A stretch of 64,000 bases of DNA from Escherichia phage EPIMRB01, in sequence record PQ657784; one strand, given 5' to 3'. This document shows, one piece after another, positions 1 through 8,837 of the stretch. Position 1 is the stretch's first letter, and each line of letters opens with the position of its first letter. The notes under the pieces are model-generated. The model did not search any database. It had not been told where the DNA came from and saw nothing but the letters and a program-made list of their open reading frames with translations. A program made the position numbers and the translations under genes.

Positions 1-1174
1 TTTTATCAAGTTCTTCTTGAAGCAGTGCTATTTCATCAGCATGGTCAATAAACTCAGAAGATGCTTTTTCTATAGCTGCTTTAACTTTTTTAGCTTTATC
101 TACCGTCGTAATTAGAGATTGCTTTTTATTGCGAATATCATTTGCCAACGACTGCTGGGTTTTAATATTATCTCGGTATTCATCAACAAGAACTTTTAAA
201 TTATCACGGTGTGTTGAAAGCTGTTCAAACGAATGCGTGCATTCAGAAACTTTATCTTTAATTTTAGAAACAACTTTATCACCGGAACTCAATTGTGACA
301 AACAGGTTGGACATAATCCACCTTCGTGATACATATTAATGACTTTATTATACGAGTCAATTTTTGATTTAATTAAAACTGCTTCTTGACCGATTTTATT
401 AAATGCATCAGTCGGGTCTTCGTCTAAAACAATATTAACTAATCTTTCATTAGCTTCTTCTATTTCCGATTTTAGCGTTCTAGCTTCTTTTGCCAAATCA
501 TCATACATATTTTGCAGACGAGTAAGATTGTCACCCGTTAATTTTTTCTGGCGTTCAACGTTATCATTATATATTTTAATTTGTTGGATAATACTATCTT
601 TTTTAACATCAAGCACTTGGTTTTGTGAATTTAATTCACGTATTAGTGCTTTATTAAGCTTATCCATTTCAGCTAATGTTCCTACCTCAAGCAGGTCTTC
701 CACAAGCTTTCTTCGTGCAGGGGTCGACAAACCCATGAAAGGGGTATACCCTGCTGTACCAAGGACAACAATCTGCTTGAAACTGGCATATGACATTCCG
801 ATAAGCTGTTCAAATTCTGCTTGGAAATCTTTACTGCTGGCAGATTCATTAAGACGTGTACCGTTAACGGTGATTTCGAAAACGTTTGGTTTTTGTCCTC
901 TTTTGATATAGTACTTTTTCTCATCATATTCCATCCACAGTTCAACTAAAAGTTCTTTCTTATTTGTGCTGTTTATTAATTGACCTTTCTTTACATCACG
1001 AAATGGTTTGCCAAAAAGCCCAAATGTGATGGCTTCTAACATAGTAGACTTACCACCGCCATTTCGGCCAGTAATAAGAGTTTTTTGAACCTTATCTAAT
1101 TGAATGTCAATAGGATTTCCACCTACTGACATTATATTTTGATACCTAACTCGGTTTAGTTTAAAATTCTTCAC
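1..1174 (-). CDS. 46: Recombination endonuclease subunit gp46 (SbcC/Rad50-like ATPase), N-terminal part; C-terminus lies beyond window start
   Basis: Open frame from GTG at 1174 (AAGGA RBS upstream, GTGA overlap with upstream stop) to window edge; Walker A GRNGGGKST; CPTC zinc-hook-like CxxC; directly downstream of gene 47. Confidence 0.85.
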   Translation of the reverse strand, partial: MKNFKLNRVRYQNIMSVGGNPIDIQLDKVQKTLITGRNGGGKSTMLEAITFGLFGKPFRDVKKGQLINSTNKKELLVELWMEYDEKKYYIKRGQKPNVFEITVNGTRLNESASSKDFQAEFEQLIGMSYASFKQIVVLGTAGYTPFMGLSTPARRKLVEDLLEVGTLAEMDKLNKALIRELNSQNQVLDVKKDSIIQQIKIYNDNVERQKKLTGDNLTRLQNMYDDLAKEARTLKSEIEEANERLVNIVLDEDPTDAFNKIGQEAVLIKSKIDSYNKVINMYHEGGLCPTCLSQLSSGDKVVSKIKDKVSECTHSFEQLSTHRDNLKVLVDEYRDNIKTQQSLANDIRNKKQSLITTVDKAKKVKAAIEKASSEFIDHADEIALLQEELDK

Positions 1175-1434
1175 AAAAGATTCCTTTTAATGTATCTTTT
1201 AGACCATTCTATCATATCATCATAATCTAAAAAGTATTCATCAAATTCAGCCATGCAAACAACACCTTGTGCTGCTTTTGATGTGATATAAATTATTCCA
1301 ACATATCTAGAATCTTCTTCGGTGTAATCAATATTTGCTATGAATTCATCATTAATGTCAAATGTCGAAAACTTCACAGTATGCATCCTTAATACAAGAT
1401 ACAGCCATATCTTGTAATGATTTAGGTGTGTCAT
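1171..1434 (-). CDS. Hypothetical protein, 87 aa; start uncertain (overlaps upstream ORF by 77 nt)
   Basis: Six-frame ORF between genes 47 and 46; no recognisable motif. Confidence 0.4.
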   Translation of the reverse strand: MTHLNHYKIWLYLVLRMHTVKFSTFDINDEFIANIDYTEEDSRYVGIIYITSKAAQGVVCMAEFDEYFLDYDDMIEWSKRYIKRNLL

Positions 1435-1621
1435 TATCTAAAATGTTGAAGTTAAAAGATACAGCCCAGTCAGTGCAGACTGTAACCTTTTTAATACAAT
1501 TATCTTCAACCTCTAACGGTTCAAACCAATATTCAATAATTTCTTTATGCCCAATATCATCTTTTACTTCGCATTCAAAATGCTGACTCATCATAACATT
1601 TTTAAATTCATCAAAAGTCAT
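1358..1621 (-). CDS. Hypothetical protein, 87 aa
   Basis: ORF with stop/start overlap to gene 47; compact early-gene packing. Confidence 0.45.
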   Translation of the reverse strand: MTFDEFKNVMMSQHFECEVKDDIGHKEIIEYWFEPLEVEDNCIKKVTVCTDWAVSFNFNILDNDTPKSLQDMAVSCIKDAYCEVFDI

Positions 1622-2637
1622 TGTGTTGCCTCTACATATAGCTGGTTTGCATATTGAATAAGTGCTTCACGGTCAGAATCAGTGATGTCTGGAATTGCAT
1701 TAATGTATTCTTCCATCAACGTCTGAAGAGATTGAACTTCAACTTCTTCACTTTCATCTGACTCGACAGAGTTATCAATTTTTGACACAACTCGTAATGA
1801 ATGCACAACTTTTTCTAGTTCAGATTCGAACTTCGTCAGATTTTTGTCTACTTCAGTTACTATAACACGTACTGATAGATTTGTAAAATCTTTATAGTCA
1901 ATTTTTCCTTTAAATGGATAATGAATTCTACGATGCCAGGTAGTATTGTTTGGAATAAATTCCATTCGTTCTGTTTCTGTATCAAACATCCAGAACCCGC
2001 GAGGGTCATTCTCGTCACCTGCAGTTAGTGTCCATGGTGTCCCAATATATCTGACGTTAGCAGCCTCAGAGATAGTATGGAAGTGACCAGACCACACTTC
2101 TTTATAAGTCTTAAGGAAATCAGGTTCAAGACCGTGAGATTTCATTCCTTTATAAAAATAAAATCCGTTCAGTTCCCAGTGACCAACGCAAAAAGAAGCA
2201 GATGAAGTTTTGATGTGTTCAAGAATTTCACCAGTATTTTCTTCACACATCCAAGGAATTAAATCAATTAAACATCCGTCAAAATCTACTGTAGTAGGCT
2301 TATCATACACTTTAACATTAGGATATTTAGCCAAAAGCTCAGTAGAGGCATTTGGAGTTAAAGTATTTTTAAAGTGCATATCATGGTTTCCTACAACAGT
2401 ATGTAGGGTAATACCAGCATCATCAAGCATTTGAACTATTTCACGAGCAAACTCCATAGTTTTATGCGTGATTGCTTTTCGCACATCAAAAATATCGCCG
2501 TATTGAATCCAGGTAGTAATTCCATTTTTCTTAGAATATTCTATTGCTTGTTTAATTCCATCCAACTGAATGGATTGAACCCACTCATCGTCGGCTTTAA
2601 CACCTAAATGCCAATCACCTAAATTTAAAATTTTCAT
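1618..2637 (-). CDS. 47: Recombination endonuclease subunit gp47 (SbcD/Mre11-like metallophosphoesterase)
   Basis: 339 aa; phosphoesterase motifs GDWHLG, GDIFD, GNHD; synteny with 46. Confidence 0.9.
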   Translation of the reverse strand: MKILNLGDWHLGVKADDEWVQSIQLDGIKQAIEYSKKNGITTWIQYGDIFDVRKAITHKTMEFAREIVQMLDDAGITLHTVVGNHDMHFKNTLTPNASTELLAKYPNVKVYDKPTTVDFDGCLIDLIPWMCEENTGEILEHIKTSSASFCVGHWELNGFYFYKGMKSHGLEPDFLKTYKEVWSGHFHTISEAANVRYIGTPWTLTAGDENDPRGFWMFDTETERMEFIPNNTTWHRRIHYPFKGKIDYKDFTNLSVRVIVTEVDKNLTKFESELEKVVHSLRVVSKIDNSVESDESEEVEVQSLQTLMEEYINAIPDITDSDREALIQYANQLYVEATQ

Positions 2638-2797
2638 ATATCAAGAACCGTCATTGAAATGCAAAATAAAATTATTGAAATAAACCCATCTGGTGTGCTA
2701 AAGAACCCAATCCAACATGCTCTAGTGAATAGATAAAATGCAAGAAAAAGTATCACATATCCAAGAAATATCATTATATCAAACTCCGTATAAAGCT

Positions 2798-2815
2798 AAA
2801 GGGCCGAAGCCCTTT
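2798..2815 (-). terminator. GGGC-UUCG-GCCC tetraloop hairpin at 3' end of a-gt (RNA 3'-end/stability element)
   Basis: Inverted repeat aaagggc cgaa gcccttt overlapping the a-gt stop. Confidence 0.4.
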
Positions 2816-4016
2816 ATTTTGTAATAATGTCAAACTGTTCTTTAAAGCAGAAGCTTGAATCTTGATGCTGATACAAAAATTCATATGCTTTTTCTCGCTC
2901 ACGGTCATAAAGAGTTCGATCAGATGACAGTTCTTTAATACGTTCAAATGTTGATTCCATGTCATTTTCATCAAACCAAATGATACCGCTATCATGCGAG
3001 GTCAAAGGAGTATTATCAACACGGAATTTTAAATTTTCGCCAGTAGATTTCCAAAATACCGGAATTGTTCCACATGCACCAAGCTCGAGATGAGTATATT
3101 CTAAAGAACGTTGTAGATATTTTTTGTCCAACTTACTCAGCTGATAACCAAATCCGGATTTACTCATACGTTCAAGCATTTCGCTATTTACATAACGGTC
3201 AAGAATTTGCGTTGGCAAATTAGGAGCAATTTTAATTTGGTCTACTTGATGAAGACGATAATACTCGTATGGAATTCCTTTTTCTTTAATAGGAATGAAC
3301 GCTGGAGAACGTTCCAGACCTTCCATAATAGTACTTAGTCCTGCAGGTTTAAGATGTTTTTCATGAAAATCAAACATCTGATAAAAACCTTTCCATGTAG
3401 TCGTACGACCAATCCAACGGTTGATATTCATGTTAATTTCAGAAACATCTTTCCAGTAGGTTGACCGAACCTTCGCAATATCCATAGGAGGCTGAAAGTT
3501 ATATACTGTCGGTGCTTCTTCAATATCATCAAACAGAGAAACTGTTTCAGGATACCATTCTTTCATCAGAACTTTATTAAAATCACCATTATCAGAATGG
3601 CTAAAAATAACATCAGCTCGACGAACAGTTTCTTCTAATCCCAAATTTCGGCGCAAAGAAAGAGAAGAATGGTCATGTTGATAAACTACAACACGAACAG
3701 AAGGTTTAATGTTATCAATAATTTTTTTATAGTTATTAATAGTGTCTTCTTCAACCGAAGTAGCAGGAACTGAATTGATAATTAGAATATCACAATCATT
3801 TACCAGCTTAAGTGTTTTATCATATTCTTTTGCCAATAAAACCGGAATTGAAAATGATTTATAATCATGCGCGCAATTACGAGTAAATGATTTATCTTTA
3901 GCATAAACCAAAGTTACTTCATGACCATTTTTAATAAACCAATCACGTTGCTCGAGTGAGAATTTTGTTACACCACAACCTTCAAGACCTCGAGCCATAA
4001 AAATACATACTTTCAT
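2814..4016 (-). CDS. a-gt: DNA alpha-glucosyltransferase (glucosylates hydroxymethylcytosine)
   Basis: 400 aa; N-terminus MKVCIFMARGLEGCGVTKFSLEQRDWFIKNGHEVTLVYAKDKSF matches T4 alpha-gt as recalled; position after gene 47. Confidence 0.88.
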   Translation of the reverse strand: MKVCIFMARGLEGCGVTKFSLEQRDWFIKNGHEVTLVYAKDKSFTRNCAHDYKSFSIPVLLAKEYDKTLKLVNDCDILIINSVPATSVEEDTINNYKKIIDNIKPSVRVVVYQHDHSSLSLRRNLGLEETVRRADVIFSHSDNGDFNKVLMKEWYPETVSLFDDIEEAPTVYNFQPPMDIAKVRSTYWKDVSEINMNINRWIGRTTTWKGFYQMFDFHEKHLKPAGLSTIMEGLERSPAFIPIKEKGIPYEYYRLHQVDQIKIAPNLPTQILDRYVNSEMLERMSKSGFGYQLSKLDKKYLQRSLEYTHLELGACGTIPVFWKSTGENLKFRVDNTPLTSHDSGIIWFDENDMESTFERIKELSSDRTLYDREREKAYEFLYQHQDSSFCFKEQFDIITK

Positions 4017-4065
4017 TTAATATCCTCTTTGTTTTGGTTTATTTTACCAAAAATTTATAAAGCAA

Positions 4066-4085
4066 TATAGGAGCCGAAGCTCCTA
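4066..4085 (-). terminator. UUCG tetraloop hairpin (ataggagc-cgaa-gctcctat)
   Basis: Perfect 8-bp inverted repeat with cgaa loop on plus strand (UUCG on minus-strand RNA). Confidence 0.4.
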
Positions 4086-4256
4086 TCCACATAATACGCC
4101 ATACAGAGGCTCATTAGAACTTTTAAATTTTATGCGCTTATATTTTATAGTTCCTTCTGCTTTAGCTTTATCATGAGACTCTTTAAAGCGTCTCATCATT
4201 TCCTCTTTAGAGGAACGAATTTTATTATAATCTATTTCAGAAGTCTGGGTGTTCAT
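4083..4256 (-). CDS. Small hypothetical protein (57 aa), below the ORF-track cutoff
   Basis: ATG at 4256 to TAG at 4083, read by eye: MNTQTSEIDYNKIRSS...LYGVLCG; fills the gap between a-gt and the next ORF. Confidence 0.3.
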   Translation of the reverse strand: MNTQTSEIDYNKIRSSKEEMMRRFKESHDKAKAEGTIKYKRIKFKSSNEPLYGVLCG

Positions 4257-4259
4257 CTT

Positions 4260-4466
4260 TCATAACTGCCACCATTTTTTGACTTGATAAGAATCAACCC
4301 ACACTTTCATATTAGGGTCTGCTCTTACAATAGGAGGATTAACTTCTTTAATTGAACTATCATGGTATTCTTTTTCAGAAATTTTCACACAAAGATGACC
4401 ATTCAAAGATTCAGTAAATCCTGCATTAATTTTAAGACGCTTGAATTTTACGTGTGTAAGCATCAA
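4260..4466 (-). CDS. Hypothetical protein, 68 aa
   Basis: ORF in compact minus-strand gene series. Confidence 0.4.
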   Translation of the reverse strand: MMLTHVKFKRLKINAGFTESLNGHLCVKISEKEYHDSSIKEVNPPIVRADPNMKVWVDSYQVKKWWQL

Positions 4467-4749
4467 TCATATCCTCAATTTGCGATCTAGTAGTCTTCCA
4501 AAGAATACTGATGAGTTCATCGTTATATGGCTGTTTTAGAATATCCCGACTTTTCTTGATAGCATATTCGTATTGAGCAAAATTATTGTTTTCAGCTGCA
4601 ATCTGAGCGTGCTTATAAAGACGATTCAGTTCGCGTTTGTTTTTAGACAATAACTTATTTGCTTTTCTTTCTGCTTCAAGACGGTTCTTTTCTTCAATAG
4701 AAGAAATAAGCTTTTCCACTTCATCATTAATTTCGGGTTTATCAGTCAT
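4432..4749 (-). CDS. Hypothetical protein, 105 aa, basic and helical
   Basis: ORF; Lys/Glu-rich helical sequence. Confidence 0.5.
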   Translation of the reverse strand: MTDKPEINDEVEKLISSIEEKNRLEAERKANKLLSKNKRELNRLYKHAQIAAENNNFAQYEYAIKKSRDILKQPYNDELISILWKTTRSQIEDMIDAYTRKIQAS

Positions 4750-4750
4750 A

Positions 4751-4969
4751 TTATTTCTCTAATATAAAATAAAAATCATCATCTGTTAAATGATACCTGT
4801 AATTTAATTCTACACCATTAGATTTAAAAGCGGTATCATACGGATTTTCTGGATCAATATCAATGTCAAGAGCTAAAACTTCCCTGAGATACATTTTAAG
4901 TAAATAGGGAATAGCTTCAACTTCAGGTATTTCTTCCAAGAATCCGGAGAGGTTAATCGTTAGCCTCAT
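4751..4969 (-). CDS. Hypothetical protein, 72 aa
   Basis: ORF immediately downstream of gene 55. Confidence 0.5.
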
Positions 4970-5510
4970 ATAAAAAATCCAAACTAGGAGAATCGTCTAC
5001 AACACTTTTCTTTTCAGCCCCCGGTGTTCTATAGGTTGATTCTTCGTAATGCGTCATTTTATCATAGATGTCTTGAATAAAAGTTTCATCTACTAACGCA
5101 ACCATATCGTCGTCACGGCTGTCATAGACATTGTGAACGAAGTAACTATATTTCTTTGCAACTTCCTTACGTTCTTTTTTAATACGCTGGACGAATGCAT
5201 TAAAACAAGCTTGAGTTATATACGCATGTGGGTTTTTATATTTCGTTTCATCAAAATTGTGAAGCCCCTTAATAGAAGCTTCTATACCATCTGCAATCAT
5301 TTCTTGTTTCCAAGACTGGGTGTATCCTGAAAAGTTGAAACGTTTAGATAAGCCTTCTGCAATAAGCATAATGGCTAATCCGATAGTATCATTCTGACGA
5401 ACTACTTTATTTGGGTCTTTATTATTTGCTAATTCTGTTTTCCAATCAATAATAGCTTGTAAAAGCTCTTTATTGTTTACGTAATTATATTTAGGCTTAG
5501 TTTCTGACAT
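4953..5510 (-). CDS. 55: Late-transcription sigma factor gp55
   Basis: N-terminus [24 protein letters not shown] matches T4 gp55 as recalled; about 185 aa from the second ATG. Confidence 0.9.
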
Positions 5511-5588
5511 TTTCACCTCTTAGCTCAATTCATAGATCTATTATATCATAATATTTGAAGATCTATCTTAAAGCATAGAGGATATCAG

Positions 5589-5858
5589 TTATCTAAGTAA
5601 ACAGTATGCTTGGAATACTTTTTCCATCATCTTTTTAAATTCATGAATATCTATATAATGACTAGTTAGATCAGCATGATATAAAAAGTCTAAAAACTTT
5701 TCATGTGTACTAACATATTCACTTTCATTTAATTCAGAAACATGGCTTTCCCAATATCCAACACCAGTCTTATTTGGGAAAAATGAAATTTTCATGTATT
5801 GGTCAACATAGAAAATGCCATAATTTTCAATAGTAATAGAAATATTAATAAATTTCAT
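5589..5858 (-). CDS. Hypothetical protein, 89 aa
   Basis: ORF. Confidence 0.5.
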   Translation of the reverse strand: MKFINISITIENYGIFYVDQYMKISFFPNKTGVGYWESHVSELNESEYVSTHEKFLDFLYHADLTSHYIDIHEFKKMMEKVFQAYCLLR

Positions 5859-6070
5859 ACATTCATCAACTTAGCCGCTTCAAGAGCTGCATCTAGTGAA
5901 TCAAATTGGTCAACGTATTCAATCAATTCGCCATAATTGGCATATAACCACCATTGGCTAAATTCATACTCAAGGATGAATCCGTTTCCTTCAATTTGAG
6001 TTAAACCAATGCCATTTGTATTTACTTCATATCCAGCAAGACGCAAATCGTTAATAAGAGCTTCGTTCAT
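5855..6070 (-). CDS. Hypothetical protein, 71 aa
   Basis: ORF with 4-nt overlap to the downstream gene. Confidence 0.5.
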   Translation of the reverse strand: MNEALINDLRLAGYEVNTNGIGLTQIEGNGFILEYEFSQWWLYANYGELIEYVDQFDSLDAALEAAKLMNV

Positions 6071-6072
6071 AA

Positions 6073-6399
6073 TTATACCTTAGTAATTTTCAGGTCTGCA
6101 AATTTTTTCTTGCGTTGATTTTTCATGCGACGAATAGTTTTATCGGAAATTTCATGCTTTTGATAAGCTTTAGATTCTACACCAAAAGCTTTAACATCAA
6201 ATTCTGACAAGATATATTGAACCAACAATTCACGGACAGTATTGCGTCCAATCTTCTGATCATTCTGTTTCATCGTCTGATGAAGCTCTTTTTCCCATTT
6301 ATCCAAAATTTGAGGAGTTACAATATCGCCTTTTTCTAGCAAAGAAACTACTTTATCATATGCGTAAGAATTAATGACGTTTTTAATTTGAATAGTCAT
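6073..6399 (-). CDS. Hypothetical protein, 108 aa
   Basis: ORF. Confidence 0.5.
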   Translation of the reverse strand: MTIQIKNVINSYAYDKVVSLLEKGDIVTPQILDKWEKELHQTMKQNDQKIGRNTVRELLVQYILSEFDVKAFGVESKAYQKHEISDKTIRRMKNQRKKKFADLKITKV

Positions 6400-6438
6400 A
6401 CATTATCCTCAATTACGTTAAAATTTTATTATCCAAAA

Positions 6439-6452
6439 AGGGCCGAAGCCCT
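6439..6452 (-). terminator. UUCG tetraloop hairpin (agggc-cgaa-gccct)
   Basis: Inverted repeat at the 3' end of ORF 6452..6652. Confidence 0.35.
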
Positions 6453-6652
6453 TAGCTAAACTTTTTGGCACCCTTCCAGCCTTCATACATCATTGCGGCT
6501 GATATTAATATTGCTCCTGAGCAACTTGAATATTTGTGATTCCAAAACCAGTTTAGAAAAACTTCATCATCAATACCTTGGGCTATCATATTTTCAAAGA
6601 ACTGACGACGAGATTCGGCAATTCGTTGTGATAATTTAGATTCAGGATTCAT
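6452..6652 (-). CDS. Hypothetical protein, 66 aa
   Basis: ORF. Confidence 0.45.
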   Translation of the reverse strand: MNPESKLSQRIAESRRQFFENMIAQGIDDEVFLNWFWNHKYSSCSGAILISAAMMYEGWKGAKKFS

Positions 6653-6784
6653 TTAAATTTTCCAGTTACCGTTTTCATCAATAAATTTAATCCAGTCATT
6701 TACTGACCACTTAGTTGTATCACCTTTTGGAGTAACATTTAAAGTGTATAACCCCTGCTTAAAAAGCATTCGTTTGATATTCAT
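6653..6784 (-). CDS. Small hypothetical protein (about 43 aa from internal Met; track ORF 6653..6868 overlaps its neighbour)
   Basis: Track N-terminus overlaps the upstream gene by 77 nt; an internal ATG removes the overlap. Confidence 0.3.
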   Translation of the reverse strand: MNIKRMLFKQGLYTLNVTPKGDTTKWSVNDWIKFIDENGNWKI

Positions 6785-6791
6785 AATTTCC

Positions 6792-7086
6792 TCAGCTATA
6801 ACGATAACACTCGTTTGATTTACGTTTAGCAACTCGTTGAGAAGTATTATAATCAAAATCATCGTCAATGTAAACTGATTTTTTCAACTTTCTTACTTCA
6901 CCACGTAATTGGCGATTTAGCTCATCTTTAACTTCTGAATCAATACCTTTCATTCTACGCCATTTATCTGAGCGAAAAATGTTTTCAACCATATCTTTAT
7001 GACTTACCCCATCAGGAGCTTTACGCTTTCCGAAATAGTCATAATCACGCACTTTTAAGTCTTTACGACGATACGTTTTACCCATG
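6792..7086 (-). CDS. Hypothetical protein (about 98 aa from internal Met with AGGA RBS)
   Basis: ORF 6792..7130 trimmed to the Met that has an upstream RBS. Confidence 0.45.
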
Positions 7087-7260
7087 GAGTTTAATTTCCT
7101 TAGCAACTGAACTAAATACAGCACGATCACAAATCATCTGTTTATGTAACTTGAGTATAAGATAATAAACTTCAAAACCGTTTACATAAGTAACACGAAC
7201 AACATTACCATTAATAAAATAATATTGTCCCTTTTTAATCTCTTTATCAACCACAACCAT
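7078..7260 (-). CDS. Hypothetical protein, 60 aa
   Basis: ORF downstream of an early promoter. Confidence 0.4.
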   Translation of the reverse strand: MVVVDKEIKKGQYYFINGNVVRVTYVNGFEVYYLILKLHKQMICDRAVFSSVAKEIKLHG

Positions 7261-7290
7261 ATCAAATCCTCAAAGGCAATTCATATGTTA

Positions 7291-7340
7291 ATAATACCAC
7301 AGTTTGAACTTGTTGTAAACAACTTTGTGAAATTATTTTA
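7291..7340 (-). promoter_or_regulatory. T4-type early promoter (-35 GTTTAC, -10 TGGTATTAT, A/T-rich upstream element)
   Basis: Reverse complement reads AAAATAATTTCACAAAGTTGTTTAC-N15-TGGTATTAT. Confidence 0.55.
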
Positions 7341-7400
7341 GGGAATGATAAGAAGGGAACGATAGCTTAGAATGGTAATATACAGAATGTGAGAAAGAAA

Positions 7401-7414
7401 GGCCCAGAGGGCCC
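7401..7414 (-). terminator. GC hairpin (ggccc-agag-gggcc) downstream of the nrdH-like gene
   Basis: Inverted repeat on plus strand. Confidence 0.35.
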
Positions 7415-7417
7415 GTC

Positions 7418-7711
7418 TTAGTCTTCTATGATATCTCTATCATATCCAAGTGAAATGAGAGTTTCTTTGAAGTGTTTAATGTTCTTTTGTCTAGAATCAT
7501 TAATGAAAATGACTGGATAACGAATGTTAAGAGATGTGAATCCAGCGCGTTTAGCAAGAGATACAATCAGTGGACGATCATACTCAATCTTACCATTATT
7601 TGTAAGAACTTTATAGAAAGTAAAAGGAGCATTGAGCTCCTTTAGAAGTTTTGTAACTGATTGACATCCAGGACAACGACCTACTTCATCTGGAATTCCA
7701 TAGACTTCAAT
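7418..7711 (-). CDS. nrdH: NrdH-like glutaredoxin/thioredoxin-fold protein; start codon uncertain (possibly non-AUG)
   Basis: CPGC redox motif in KIEVYGIPDEVGRCPGCQ; no in-frame ATG close to the fold start (ATT at 7711 or a far-upstream start). Confidence 0.55.
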   Translation of the reverse strand: MEVYGIPDEVGRCPGCQSVTKLLKELNAPFTFYKVLTNNGKIEYDRPLIVSLAKRAGFTSLNIRYPVIFINDSRQKNIKHFKETLISLGYDRDIIED

Positions 7712-7712
7712 C

Positions 7713-8024
7713 TTATTCTTTAAGTTCGAGTTTTGTTCCACGAGAAATAATTCCTTGGTAAGCCCAATAAGGAGGATTAACAGAATCCTCACCAGAGTTT
7801 TCTTCAGGAAAATAAACCTGGATAACGAAGCCGGATTCATCAAAGGTGAAATAAGTAGTAGGCAGTTCACCTAACAAATCGGCACGAGCGTTGATTTCTT
7901 CGAGGTCTTGTTCACGTCCAGCCCAGAAGCTTGGGTTCAGACTACATTCATAGAAATAATAGTCATTACCGAACATATCAAAACCATTCCAACTCTCTAC
8001 TACATACCGCTCAAAACTAATCAT
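7713..8024 (-). CDS. Hypothetical protein, 103 aa
   Basis: ORF. Confidence 0.5.
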   Translation of the reverse strand: MISFERYVVESWNGFDMFGNDYYFYECSLNPSFWAGREQDLEEINARADLLGELPTTYFTFDESGFVIQVYFPEENSGEDSVNPPYWAYQGIISRGTKLELKE

Positions 8025-8026
8025 AA

Positions 8027-8242
8027 TTAAGCCTTTTTATCAAGAACCGCATTCAGCTTGTTAGTAATTTTATCCAGACGCTCATTGAACTCACTAGAAG
8101 ATAAGCCCTTTTCTGGAGAAATTAAACTAATCACGAAAAATATAGCAATAAAAGGAATAAGGAAAATAGCTCCAACTGCCATAAACAGAAAGAATGTTAC
8201 AGTTGTAAGAAAATCAGCTAAACCTTTACGAAATTTATACAT
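8027..8242 (-). CDS. Small membrane protein, 71 aa
   Basis: Long hydrophobic stretch FLTTVTFFLFMAVGAIFLIPFIAIFFVISLI. Confidence 0.5.
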   Translation of the reverse strand: MYKFRKGLADFLTTVTFFLFMAVGAIFLIPFIAIFFVISLISPEKGLSSSEFNERLDKITNKLNAVLDKKA

Positions 8243-8366
8243 TTACCTTTACCTTTACCTTTAATTGATTAACCAAGCATTGATAAGCACTAAACTATAT
8301 TGCGAATAAAATTCTGGACCAAAATGAAAAATCATATCATTTATAGTATCCATAATGTAATTCAAT

Positions 8367-8837
8367 TTAATCATGTGTCCACACCCCATCGGTATTTGAC
8401 CAAAGTCGCTGATTATCTGATCCTCGCCACAGCTTTTTAGTCGGAAGATTTTTCTCATACTTCCCATCAATAATAACATCAACATATTTAAGCATTTCTA
8501 GTTGTTTAATATCTTCAAACTTATATCCTGTCCACAACCAAATGCTTTTATTGGGATAAAGATTTTTTACTGTTTGAACGATGCAATGAATAACATCTCG
8601 GTTATCAGGATAGAGAGGGTCACCTCCGGTTATAGTCAATCCTTCTATATAATCATTATTCAAACATTCAATCAATTGTTCTAGCGTTTCACCAGTGAAT
8701 GGAATACCATTTCTAGCATTCCATGTTGATTTATTATAACACCCTTCACATTTATGCAAACAACCTGTAACGAAAAGAACGACCCTGCAACCAGGGCCAT
8801 TCACAAAATCACAAGGATAAAATCTATCATAATTCAT
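8367..8837 (-). CDS. nrdG: Anaerobic ribonucleotide reductase activating protein (radical SAM)
   Basis: 156 aa; CxxxCxxC motif (CLHKCEGC); directly downstream of nrdD. Confidence 0.9.
   Translation of the reverse strand: MNYDRFYPCDFVNGPGCRVVLFVTGCLHKCEGCYNKSTWNARNGIPFTGETLEQLIECLNNDYIEGLTITGGDPLYPDNRDVIHCIVQTVKNLYPNKSIWLWTGYKFEDIKQLEMLKYVDVIIDGKYEKNLPTKKLWRGSDNQRLWSNTDGVWTHD

Noticed and set aside
528-945. Track ORFs 528..911 (+) and 682..945 (-) at the window start
   Set aside because: They lie inside the long gp46 frame, which carries Walker A and the zinc hook; wrong frame or strand, so treated as spurious.
2210-2995. ORFs 2210..2434 (+) and 2774..2995 (-)
   Set aside because: Embedded in gene 47 and a-gt in alternative frames; no independent signals.
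8261-8485. ORF 8261..8485 (-) overlapping the 3' end of nrdG
   Set aside because: Most of it overlaps nrdG out of frame; only about 30 codons would be unique. Left unannotated.
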